Of a DNA stretch of 64,000 bases, positions 1-8,516 are shown in pieces. Each line of letters starts with the position of its first letter. The first letter of the stretch is position 1. The stretch is taken from positions 5,189 to 69,188 of the IMG/VR virus record IMGVR_UViG_3300033146_000407; one strand, written 5' to 3'. Made by a program: the position numbers and the translations under genes. The notes beneath the pieces were generated by a model that had not been told where the DNA came from, did not search any database, and saw only the letters and a program-made list of their open reading frames with translations. Source of the DNA: a virus.

Positions 1-1942
1 TCTTATAATGATCAAAATGTATAACATGTAGATAAGGGAATCCATCATCAAATGCATGATTACCGATATATATAATAGACTTAGGGAATCTTAAATATCT
101 TGATTCTTCTATTACAGAGCCAGGTTCACATGATGAACTTCCCTTAGCCAAACTCCAACCATAAAATGCATAATCTCCTATAACTCTAACGCTATCATCA
201 TGATAATAATCATCTGTTGGCACAGCAAATACAGGAAGTCCACGATATTTACGCCAACCATAAAATGCATAGCTCCCAATATTAACAGCATATTTTAACA
301 TTAGAGGTTCATATGAATATGCACCGATTGCATCTGTAAATGTCGTAGGATCAGTGTAACTATAATTACTAGCACGGTCGGGTGGTAAATACCCATCAAT
401 AGAATCATTACCATATTCATAATACTCAGACGAATCCCAATCCCAAGGCTTTACCCCCTTATTCATATCACCACGATAATCACCGTCTTGCATCCATAGT
501 AGAGATACCCAGTTATCTTCCTGTAAATGTTCATGAGCTTCCATACCAAATGAAATACCAAATCCACCTTCATACTTAGAATCACTATACCACCAACGTT
601 GGATACGATACCCTTTATATTTAGCCTCATTATTACGCAGACTGCGATCATCGGTGGTTAATTGATTATAATAATATGCACCAGTCCCCGAATAATCAGT
701 ATTCAGAGAATATGCTATGTATTTTTCAGGAGTAACCGCTCTACGTAGTTGTTTGATAACCTCCCTTCTAGCATAATAATAATCCCAACCATCAGACACA
801 AACGCCTTAGCTAACGTATCAATCACTCCTTCCTCAGATATATAACCCATAGCACCCCATACCTTCTCACCTTCAAGACCCTTAAACACAACCCTTAATG
901 GGCTACTACTAGAATCGAAAAATAAACCAAATATACGACCTTTATACGCAAATCCACCCATAACATATCGACTATTATCAGTCCTCTTAAAATTATTAGT
1001 ATAAAGACTCCAACCACTACTAGACCGAGAATAACTATTGTAATATCTACCATTTTGATCTTTAACGCTATCATCTCGTGTATAATACACGAATTCGGCA
1101 GCAGCCCTTGCATTCTCCCATCCATAAAACGCATATGCACCAATATCAATCCTGTGTGATGCCCATATATTAATAGTCAACCCATACATAAAATTAGACC
1201 AACCAGAAAACGCAGCAGCCCCAATATCATCTCTAGTAGACACAAACAACCCACCACATCCAGTAACGTCATTAGGTATACATATAACAGAATTCCATCT
1301 ACTAAAAGCAAAATAATCTATTTCACCGTCTATATTAGATGAAAATCCAAATCTAGTACTTTCCCAACCTTCAAACACAGATCTATTATATTTTGACTGA
1401 GATGGTAATGTAACAACACCGGGTAATAATGCAGATTTCCAATCACGAAAAGCATTACCACCAATAGTTATATTTGAATTTACGATATAACCACTTCTTC
1501 TAACGCTAATACCAATACCCAATATATCACGGGAATGCCTATAAGAACCAGATGAATGCTCTCCTATAGGCTCGAATGTAACGGATGTAGATGATATCTC
1601 AATAACCTCACCTATAACACACACGCCAGTATTATCATTATCATCCCACTCAGCAATATATAAAATATCACCAACTATAAGTGGTGTATTAAATTTAGTA
1701 TAATCTATATCGATAAGTTTTTGTCCAGTATATTTACCAGTACTCAAACGAACCATACTATCGGGTAATTGATATCTATCATATACTTCCCCAAAAGTCA
1801 CACCACCAGTATAAGATTCCCAACCTCGAAATGATTCAGTACCTATAGTATTCACGCTACGTGGAACTTCTAAAGACTTATCAGAATTAGCATGACCCCA
1901 ATCCTTAAATGTAGAATTACCAATATGTTTAATATTACTCAT
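1..1942 (-). CDS. BspA/TpLRR-type leucine-rich-repeat protein, Trp variant (partial, runs off the left edge; not in ORF track)
   Basis: Hand translation from ATG at 1942 (SD GAGG; overlaps the stop of the upstream GT gene) stays open to position 2 (647 codons). Starts MSNIKHIGNSTFKDW and contains IGTESFRGW, IGGNAFRDW, IGAAAFSGW, IGAYAFYGW, IGSYAFYGW, IGDYAFYGW, IGNHAF. Confidence 0.8.
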   Translation of the reverse strand, partial: MSNIKHIGNSTFKDWGHANSDKSLEVPRSVNTIGTESFRGWESYTGGVTFGEVYDRYQLPDSMVRLSTGKYTGQKLIDIDYTKFNTPLIVGDILYIAEWDDNDNTGVCVIGEVIEISSTSVTFEPIGEHSSGSYRHSRDILGIGISVRRSGYIVNSNITIGGNAFRDWKSALLPGVVTLPSQSKYNRSVFEGWESTRFGFSSNIDGEIDYFAFSRWNSVICIPNDVTGCGGLFVSTRDDIGAAAFSGWSNFMYGLTINIWASHRIDIGAYAFYGWENARAAAEFVYYTRDDSVKDQNGRYYNSYSRSSSGWSLYTNNFKRTDNSRYVMGGFAYKGRIFGLFFDSSSSPLRVVFKGLEGEKVWGAMGYISEEGVIDTLAKAFVSDGWDYYYARREVIKQLRRAVTPEKYIAYSLNTDYSGTGAYYYNQLTTDDRSLRNNEAKYKGYRIQRWWYSDSKYEGGFGISFGMEAHEHLQEDNWVSLLWMQDGDYRGDMNKGVKPWDWDSSEYYEYGNDSIDGYLPPDRASNYSYTDPTTFTDAIGAYSYEPLMLKYAVNIGSYAFYGWRKYRGLPVFAVPTDDYYHDDSVRVIGDYAFYGWSLAKGSSSCEPGSVIEESRYLRFPKSIIYIGNHAFDDGFPYLHVIHFDHYK

Positions 1943-2747
1943 ATAACCTCCCACGCAACATAGTATATAGATCAGTATCAGTTAAATTAATAATAGATAA
2001 TATATAATCTATATGAGTCGTTCCGTGTATAGCAACACTAGCATCAAAATGGTAGTGTAAATTAATAACTTTACTATTATTTATATATATAGTAGAATCA
2101 TTGATACATAAATCATTTATATCGTCTAATTTCCAAAAAGCAACATTCATCCCGTAATCTAACTCAGATATAATATAATCTCCGGACTCTAACACAACGC
2201 TAAGAGGCTTCTGTTCATAAAAATAATATTGGTTAGAGTCAATAACCAATCGCCAATCATTAATCAAATCAATATTAGTAGCACCAACCATACCAGCATT
2301 ATATTTACCATACATAATATCATCTTCTTCAGGTTGATCTTGAATAGATAATGCAATATCAAACTCTTTATGATATAAACTATTTAAAAATGATTGAGGA
2401 ATCTCATTGACAAATACCATATCAGCATCTAACAAAAAACAATAACCATATGTAGATATAGATAATAACATTATATCTAATTTAGTTTGAACTAAAGCTC
2501 TATAATTATCCTTAGATGTTCTACGTTCATCAATACTCATCTTAGTACTATTAAATATAAAAGTACCACTATCACCAATAAGTAAATGCAAATCCATATC
2601 CAACTCATCTTTATATATATCATATACATAAGAATCCACAGATAAAATCCATTTAATATTATGATATCGCTCGATAGAGTACTTTAAATAAGTAAACTCC
2701 TTATATATCCGCTCACTTACAACACAACATACTACCAAATAATCCAT
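1935..2747 (-). CDS. GT-A fold nucleotide-diphospho-sugar glycosyltransferase, paralog of the C-terminal domain of 21338..23926
   Basis: DxD motif (LLDADMVF), YNAGMV, YEQKPL, MNVAFWK, LHYH; collinear with the last ~270 aa of the 21338 protein. Confidence 0.75.
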   Translation of the reverse strand: MDYLVVCCVVSERIYKEFTYLKYSIERYHNIKWILSVDSYVYDIYKDELDMDLHLLIGDSGTFIFNSTKMSIDERRTSKDNYRALVQTKLDIMLLSISTYGYCFLLDADMVFVNEIPQSFLNSLYHKEFDIALSIQDQPEEDDIMYGKYNAGMVGATNIDLINDWRLVIDSNQYYFYEQKPLSVVLESGDYIISELDYGMNVAFWKLDDINDLCINDSTIYINNSKVINLHYHFDASVAIHGTTHIDYILSIINLTDTDLYTMLRGRLYE

Positions 2748-2760
2748 ACAGCCCCTGAAT

Positions 2761-2784
2761 GCGGACGACGAAACCGCCGCCCGC
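2761..2784 (-). other. GC-rich RNA hairpin without U-tract between gp157 and the GT gene
   Basis: Minus strand GCGGGCGGCG-GTTT-CGTCGTCCGC, 10-bp stem with two G-U pairs. Confidence 0.6.
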
Positions 2785-2793
2785 TATAAAAAC

Positions 2794-3300
2794 TTACTTA
2801 ATCTGAATATTATTAGAAACAACAACTTCAGCAAAAGCATCAACCCCATCAACCCCAGATTTAATAGCAGCAAGAAGTGCAGTCTTATCCGCTTCAATTT
2901 TAACCTTATGATATTCAGATGGAATATCATTAACATCAACACCATCTTTAAGAACAGTCTTTGTGCTCTTACGCCATGAGATAGACATCTTAGGAGTTTT
3001 GATCTGTTCACCTGAAGCAATAAACGCAGACAAATACTCTTTAATTCGTTTAGCTTCATTATCATAAGTCTTTTTTAGTTTATCGAGGCGTGCTTTTTCA
3101 GATTTAATAGTATTAGAAAAAGCTAGAACATCTTTATATAAACATGCTAGTTGTTCCGCTTTATCTTCATATTCACCTTCAATTGACGTGATCATATCTT
3201 CAAGATAATCAGAAATCACACCATCATTTTCTTCAGCCTCATTAAAGGCAACTTCTCTGAGTTCATCGAGCTCATTTGTAATGTCATACATATTTCTCAT
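2794..3300 (-). CDS. Siphovirus Gp157 family protein
   Basis: Coiled coil IEGEYEDKAEQLA...IKSEKARL and C-terminal KTPKMSISWRKS...IPSEY...DKTALLAAIKSG..V..A....NIQIK. Start moved to ATG 3300 (SD AAGGA, downstream of the promoter). Confidence 0.85.
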   Translation of the reverse strand: MRNMYDITNELDELREVAFNEAEENDGVISDYLEDMITSIEGEYEDKAEQLACLYKDVLAFSNTIKSEKARLDKLKKTYDNEAKRIKEYLSAFIASGEQIKTPKMSISWRKSTKTVLKDGVDVNDIPSEYHKVKIEADKTALLAAIKSGVDGVDAFAEVVVSNNIQIK

Positions 3301-3339
3301 TATATGCATCCTTTGGTTATAGTTTATAATTCCGTATAT

Positions 3340-3368
3340 AGTATATATCAATCCCAATCATATGTCAA
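3340..3368 (-). promoter_or_regulatory. sigma70-type (early/middle) promoter
   Basis: TTGACA-N17-TATACT upstream of gp157. Confidence 0.8.
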
Positions 3369-3376
3369 CTAATTTA

Positions 3377-3384
3377 TATAAGTA
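3377..3384 (+). promoter_or_regulatory. Variant late promoter TATAAGTA
   Basis: Context aatttaTATAAGTA mirrors the aatttaTATAAATA late promoters; 30 nt before the beta-CASP ATG. Confidence 0.5.
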
Positions 3385-3414
3385 TCTATATATACAAACA
3401 ACATCGGAGAGTTT

Positions 3415-4821
3415 ATGGCATATTTAGAATTTCTAGGAGCATGTGAAACAGTAACTGGTAGCAAATTTATAGTATCAAATTCAAAGAAAAAAATATTATT
3501 AGATTGTGGGATGGTTCAAGGACATAAAGACGATGCTTATTTAGAAAATCTAGAATTCTCAAAAAACACCCCTGACGTTGACTACTGTATATTATCACAT
3601 TCCCATATAGACCACTCTGGTATGCTACCTTCATTAGTTAAGAACGGATACACAGGTCCTATATATTCAACACCAGCAACAAGAGATTTATGTTCTCATA
3701 TGCTCAGAGATTCAGTTGCAGTATTCACTAAAGAACTTCCAGTGATAAACAGAATGTTGAAAAAGAAAAAGAAGCATATACAGACCTCTTTATTATATAC
3801 GACTGATGACGTGGCTAACTGTATGGAACACTTCAAAACCATCCCATATGATACCCAGGAAGAGCTATCTGAAGGTATTAAAGTATCTTTACATGACTCA
3901 TGTCATATACTAGGATCATCATCAATAAGAATGGATATCACTGAAGATAATGTAAACCATCGAGTTTGGTATACTTCTGATATAGGAGATGATGATTCTA
4001 AGTTGTCTCATAAACTAAAAACTCCACAAGATATAGATTATCTCATTATAGAATCAACATACGGAAATAAGAAGAAACGTGAAGATGAAGACATCCAACA
4101 ATTAATGATGGATTATATTATAGACGCATATAAACGAGGTGGTAAATTAATTATACCGGCTTTCTCAGTTGCTAGGATGCAAACTATAATAGTTATAATC
4201 CACAAATTACATCTAATGGGTCTAATCCCAGATATCCCTGTTTATGTAGATAGTCCATTGGGAGTTAAAGTGACTAAACTATATACTAAATATGAAGACT
4301 TATTAAATACAGATAATCTACGATACTTTACTGATACAAATATAGACCCATTCAACGGCGAAATGATTGAATATATATCATCTATGGATGAGTCAACCGC
4401 TATAGCACAACAAACAGAACCTTGTATTGTTATATCAGCATCAGGAATGTGTGAAGGTGGTCACATCAGAGAACATTTAAAGTATACAGTGGGTGATAAA
4501 AATTCAACTGTATTATTTGTTGGGTATAATGCGGAAGGAACTCTCGGACGAAGACTCCAAGAAAGTAACGGACAAGCTACTATAGACGGAAAACAATATA
4601 GAGTTAGATGTAAGATTGAAACTATTAAAGGATTATCGGCTCATGCTGATATAGAATCATTAGTGAATTATGTAAGAGATGTTGTGTCTACTAATGACAT
4701 AAAAAATATATTCTTAGTTCATGGAGAAGAAGATTCTATACATAACATGAAACATCGACTAAATAGTTTAGGGATAACCAATGTGATTATCCCTAAAATA
4801 AATACTAAATACCAATTATAA
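3415..4821 (+). CDS. Metallo-beta-lactamase / beta-CASP ribonuclease (YSH1/CPSF73-like bacterial family)
   Basis: SHSHIDH (HxHxDH), HILGS, SDIG, ESTYG, PAFSVAR, VDSP, SASGMCEGG, SAHAD, LVHGE. Confidence 0.93.
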   Translation: MAYLEFLGACETVTGSKFIVSNSKKKILLDCGMVQGHKDDAYLENLEFSKNTPDVDYCILSHSHIDHSGMLPSLVKNGYTGPIYSTPATRDLCSHMLRDSVAVFTKELPVINRMLKKKKKHIQTSLLYTTDDVANCMEHFKTIPYDTQEELSEGIKVSLHDSCHILGSSSIRMDITEDNVNHRVWYTSDIGDDDSKLSHKLKTPQDIDYLIIESTYGNKKKREDEDIQQLMMDYIIDAYKRGGKLIIPAFSVARMQTIIVIIHKLHLMGLIPDIPVYVDSPLGVKVTKLYTKYEDLLNTDNLRYFTDTNIDPFNGEMIEYISSMDESTAIAQQTEPCIVISASGMCEGGHIREHLKYTVGDKNSTVLFVGYNAEGTLGRRLQESNGQATIDGKQYRVRCKIETIKGLSAHADIESLVNYVRDVVSTNDIKNIFLVHGEEDSIHNMKHRLNSLGITNVIIPKINTKYQL

Positions 4822-6303
4822 TTATATCAAATAATTATCTATATAATATGATATAGATTCAGTCTTAGTTTTGGCAGCTGAATTGGCAGCTGCTACTTTG
4901 GCATTAAGATCCATAGCAGACATAATACGAGTAAGCATAGCTCTACTCATTGGAGCAGAATTTCCTCTACCTCTAGTATGCTCAACACCAGGACCGTTCT
5001 TATACCTATCAGTCAACTCCTTCATAATAAGACGTAACTCATCTGTTGTAAAATCCATCTTAGACATAGCCTTAGCTTTTTTAAGAAATTCATTTTCAGT
5101 TTCTGTATTTCTCATGGTATCAGTTATAAGGGCATAGTTTGGTAATTTTTTAACATCATCATCATCTTCTTTTTCTTTACTAGGAATTATAGGGGATGGT
5201 TTAGGGTCCTCATATCTAGTATTAGTCAATCCATCAGCACGAGCCTTTATAGCTCTTGCCATTTCAGGACCATATTTATCAATAACCTTATCATAGAAAT
5301 GAATAGTAAATGCTGGCGATGAACCAATACTGGTTTTAAATACAGCATCTACAAAATTATTAAATACACCAAAATCGCCATCAATAAGTTTATCTACCCA
5401 TTTATCCACAATAGGTTCTTGTTCACTACCACGAACAAATTTCTTATTATCAGAATTCTTATTATCAACAACGGCTTGCTTCATCTCTTCTTTAAATTCA
5501 TCAATCACGGAATCATCAGACGGTTCATCACTATCTTCATCAGAATCCCCAAAATAATTATTTAAAAACTCGGAGTAATTAGACCCTAGTATATCACTAT
5601 ACTCAATATCACCAGACTCTATCTTAGACCGTAAAGCCTCCATATATCTATTAACATATGTTAATGTTGGACCTAAATCAACTTTCTTTGATACTTTCTT
5701 TGATGCTGAGTCTAATCCTTCTTTCTGCTTATATACATTACTCATACTAGCAACATCTAATTCATCAGCAGCAGCATTCAACCATTTAACTAAACTAGCA
5801 GACCCCCTAATAGAATCATTGCCTGATAATATTTCACGACCAACCATAAACAATATAGGATACATCGGTGAAGTTTCTCGTAGTTGTTTCATCAATCTAC
5901 TCTTAAACATATTAAAACTATCTGGGTCATGAAGAGACATTACATTACCATTAGCATCAGACATGGCATCATTAACTAATCTAAGAAATAAATTTGCTAA
6001 TCCTAGAGCACCTTTATGTCTATCATCTAATTTTAGTCTTTTAATACTAGCCTTTGAATTATTATGACTTTCGGCAAATTTTTTAAAATATCTAGCGAAA
6101 GCCGCTGCTATTGAATTAATATCACCTTTAGATTTAGCAGTATCAAATTTACTTTTGAATATAGTTGATTTTTTCTTACCATTGTATAAATCACCAGAAT
6201 CTTTATGTACATTAATAGCAGAATCTCTTGGAGACTTACCGTATGGTTTATATGGGGTTCTTTCTTTAGCTTCGTATATCATACTATAGGTATGTTTCTT
6301 CAT
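4822..6303 (-). CDS. Hypothetical late protein, probable internal head protein
   Basis: 493-aa ORF with late promoter upstream; N-terminus MKKHTYSMIYE-A resembles a T4 capsid-targeting/prohead-protease cleavage leader. Confidence 0.55.
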   Translation of the reverse strand: MKKHTYSMIYEAKERTPYKPYGKSPRDSAINVHKDSGDLYNGKKKSTIFKSKFDTAKSKGDINSIAAAFARYFKKFAESHNNSKASIKRLKLDDRHKGALGLANLFLRLVNDAMSDANGNVMSLHDPDSFNMFKSRLMKQLRETSPMYPILFMVGREILSGNDSIRGSASLVKWLNAAADELDVASMSNVYKQKEGLDSASKKVSKKVDLGPTLTYVNRYMEALRSKIESGDIEYSDILGSNYSEFLNNYFGDSDEDSDEPSDDSVIDEFKEEMKQAVVDNKNSDNKKFVRGSEQEPIVDKWVDKLIDGDFGVFNNFVDAVFKTSIGSSPAFTIHFYDKVIDKYGPEMARAIKARADGLTNTRYEDPKPSPIIPSKEKEDDDDVKKLPNYALITDTMRNTETENEFLKKAKAMSKMDFTTDELRLIMKELTDRYKNGPGVEHTRGRGNSAPMSRAMLTRIMSAMDLNAKVAAANSAAKTKTESISYYIDNYLI

Positions 6304-6339
6304 ATTAACACTCCGAAGTTATTATTTATTCTATATACA

Positions 6340-6347
6340 TATTTATA
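6340..6347 (-). promoter_or_regulatory. T4-type late promoter TATAAATA
   Basis: Exact motif upstream of 6303. Confidence 0.75.
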
Positions 6348-6374
6348 TAAATATCAAATATATCATATTAAGCC

Positions 6375-6403
6375 TTGACATACGAAAGGTATTGGTATAT
6401 ATT
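6375..6403 (+). promoter_or_regulatory. sigma70-type promoter
   Basis: TTGACA-N17-TATATT upstream of the ClpP-like gene. Confidence 0.75.
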
Positions 6404-6445
6404 AGTATGGGATTCAAAGTATAAACTTAGAAAAAGGATGTTTCA

Positions 6446-7438
6446 ATGGTGATTAACCATAGAATCAACTCAGACGACAGCGATAAGCTACAGCAACAGA
6501 TTCAGCAACAACTCGAAGAACAGCAATCTGATGGTAAAATTATGATATCTGGTGAGTATCATACACTATTCATTGAAGAAGAAGCTCCTACATACGAAAA
6601 CATTACTGTTGAAATTGATGGGAAACCGTTCCTTCTTGAGGATAACCCTCTAGTATTAAACAAAGAAGCTATCCCTAAACATAAAAAGTTCACTCTCTTT
6701 GTTGAAATGTTCGGTCATGAAAAAACACAACTACACCATGTACTCTACGCATTACGTAAAGGTGAAGAAAACGATACATTTGAAATTCGCATCGATTCTC
6801 CTGGTGGGTATATGAAAGAAGGACTCACTCTGTATAATATCATGAGAGAAAAATTCACAAACCGAACAGTTACCTATTTAGATTCTAGTGCCTATAGTAT
6901 GGGAGCTCTTCTATTTAGTATGGGTGACCAGCGTATTGTATATGAGCATAGTTCTCTTATGTATCATAACTATTCATCTGGTGCGTTTGGTAAAGGTGAT
7001 AACCTAAAAACATACATTGAACATGAAGAAAAAAATACCCATAACTTCTTTAAGAATGTTATTGTTGATAAGGGATTCCTTACAATGGCAGAATTTGATG
7101 AGATGCTTATCGGTCGTGACTTCTGGTTTGATTGTACTGAATTAGCCCAACGAGGTATTGCTACTCATGTTATGGTTGATGGATTTCTTCTTGAGGGTGC
7201 TGATTATCTAGAATATAAAGATTCTGAACTAGATATTGAAACATACATCACTATCAAGATTAATGAAATTATGAATGAAGAGGACTTAGAGGTTATCGAA
7301 GAACCTAAACCTAAAAAGAAAAAGAAGAAGACTGAAAAGAAAAAGTCTGCTCCTAAAAAGAAGAAGACTGAAAAGAAAACAGAAAAGAAGTCTACTAAAA
7401 AGACTACTAAGAAAAAGAAATCTACTACTAAGAAATGA
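6446..7438 (+). CDS. ClpP-like (S14) serine protease with Lys-rich C-terminal tail
   Basis: IDSPGG, AYSMGA (Ser), LMYH (His), RDFW; ends in KPKKKKKKTEKKKSAPKKKKTEKK... Confidence 0.85.
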   Translation: MVINHRINSDDSDKLQQQIQQQLEEQQSDGKIMISGEYHTLFIEEEAPTYENITVEIDGKPFLLEDNPLVLNKEAIPKHKKFTLFVEMFGHEKTQLHHVLYALRKGEENDTFEIRIDSPGGYMKEGLTLYNIMREKFTNRTVTYLDSSAYSMGALLFSMGDQRIVYEHSSLMYHNYSSGAFGKGDNLKTYIEHEEKNTHNFFKNVIVDKGFLTMAEFDEMLIGRDFWFDCTELAQRGIATHVMVDGFLLEGADYLEYKDSELDIETYITIKINEIMNEEDLEVIEEPKPKKKKKKTEKKKSAPKKKKTEKKTEKKSTKKTTKKKKSTTKK

Positions 7439-7455
7439 TTAGTAGTACGATAAAT

Positions 7456-7489
7456 AAAAAGGAGTTGGTGAAAACCAACTCCTTTTTTT
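7456..7489. terminator. Bidirectional intrinsic terminator
   Basis: AAAAAGGAGTTGGT-GAAA-ACCAACTCCTTTTTT between convergent genes. Confidence 0.9.
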
Positions 7490-8150
7490 ATATCATAGAT
7501 ATGAAAACATCCATACTATCAAGACGATTTAACCAACCATCCTCATATTTAGAGTATACATCATTATATACGACTAGATTTTTATAATAAGTCTTACGTG
7601 TATATCTCATTTTATTATAAATTTCTTCATCAGTCAATTCAGATGAATCCAAATACAATAATGTTAATGAATCTATTCGACCAGTCCTTTTAGATTCAGG
7701 CATACCTAATATACGCTGAAACATCTTATTGGCTCTATATGGTCCTATATTTACTTCGCTGTCCATAAGTATTGATGCTGATGCATTATACCCACGAGTA
7801 ACAAGCGAGTCCAAATTATTTCTATCCCAAAACATATATTTGTAGATTTCAACAGCTTCATGTTTCTTTAAATTAACAATAGACTTAGAATCAATTCTAC
7901 CAAAATACGCCTTGTATGCATGATTAGTTATCCCCATGCGAGATTCCTCCTTAATAGTAGGATCGTTCACATAAGAATTACCTTCACACATAATAACAAA
8001 ACTGATAACCGAATCGGGCAACCACGACATATCATCATAGAGAGTATACTCTCCTGTGATAATAGAATCACCTACATATAAATCGGTAACACCCACCGGA
8101 GTTAATGTAGCATATAACAACGATGCGTATACAAAATATTTTTTTAAGAT
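7488..8150 (-). CDS. Glycoside hydrolase family 108 lysozyme (probable endolysin) with C-terminal peptidoglycan-binding motif
   Basis: EGNSYVNDP...MGIT, AVEIYKYMFWD, DSEVNIG, FQRILG..TGRID..TL, GWLNR. Track start is TTG 8120; the frame extends to ATC 8150 just behind SD AAGGGGG. Confidence 0.8.
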   Translation of the reverse strand: MLKKYFVYASLLYATLTPVGVTDLYVGDSIITGEYTLYDDMSWLPDSVISFVIMCEGNSYVNDPTIKEESRMGITNHAYKAYFGRIDSKSIVNLKKHEAVEIYKYMFWDRNNLDSLVTRGYNASASILMDSEVNIGPYRANKMFQRILGMPESKRTGRIDSLTLLYLDSSELTDEEIYNKMRYTRKTYYKNLVVYNDVYSKYEDGWLNRLDSMDVFISMI

Positions 8151-8165
8151 AACACCCCCTTAATC

Positions 8166-8199
8166 AAAAAAAGACAGCCAGATAACCTGACTGCCTTTT
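8166..8199 (-). terminator. Intrinsic terminator after groES
   Basis: Minus strand AAAAGGCAGTCAG-GTTAT-CTGGCTGTCTTTTTTT. Confidence 0.75.
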
Positions 8200-8206
8200 A
8201 TTTATA
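8199..8206 (-). promoter_or_regulatory. Late promoter TATAAATA abutting the terminator arm, upstream of the lysin
   Basis: Exact motif. Confidence 0.65.
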
Positions 8207-8210
8207 CATT

Positions 8211-8507
8211 TTACTCATGTTCTATAGCAAACACAGAACCTTCTGAAATTAAGAACAGCTCATCTCCACCTGGGTTATTTAATGAAATCTCTGTCATCTT
8301 GCGATACAATACGATATCACCAACCTTAACTGTTAATGGGACCACTGATTCCCCTGCAATTCTACCCTGACCCACAGCAAGCACCTCTCCACGAGAATAC
8401 TCTAACGCAGTATCAGCATCAGGAATATAGAGACCACCTATAGTAGTCTCCTTTGCTTTTCTTGGAATGATAATAATATTATCATACATTGGTGTATATT
8501 CAATCAT
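8211..8507 (-). CDS. groES: Co-chaperonin GroES (Cpn10)
   Basis: PMYDNIII, TIGGLYIPD, GEVLAVGQGR, PLTVKVGDIVLY. Confidence 0.93.
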   Translation of the reverse strand: MIEYTPMYDNIIIIPRKAKETTIGGLYIPDADTALEYSRGEVLAVGQGRIAGESVVPLTVKVGDIVLYRKMTEISLNNPGGDELFLISEGSVFAIEHE

Positions 8508-8516
8508 ACATCCTCC

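Noticed and set aside
463-1149. Track ORFs 463..651 and 895..1149
   Set aside because: Out-of-frame shadows inside the long 1..1942 LRR gene
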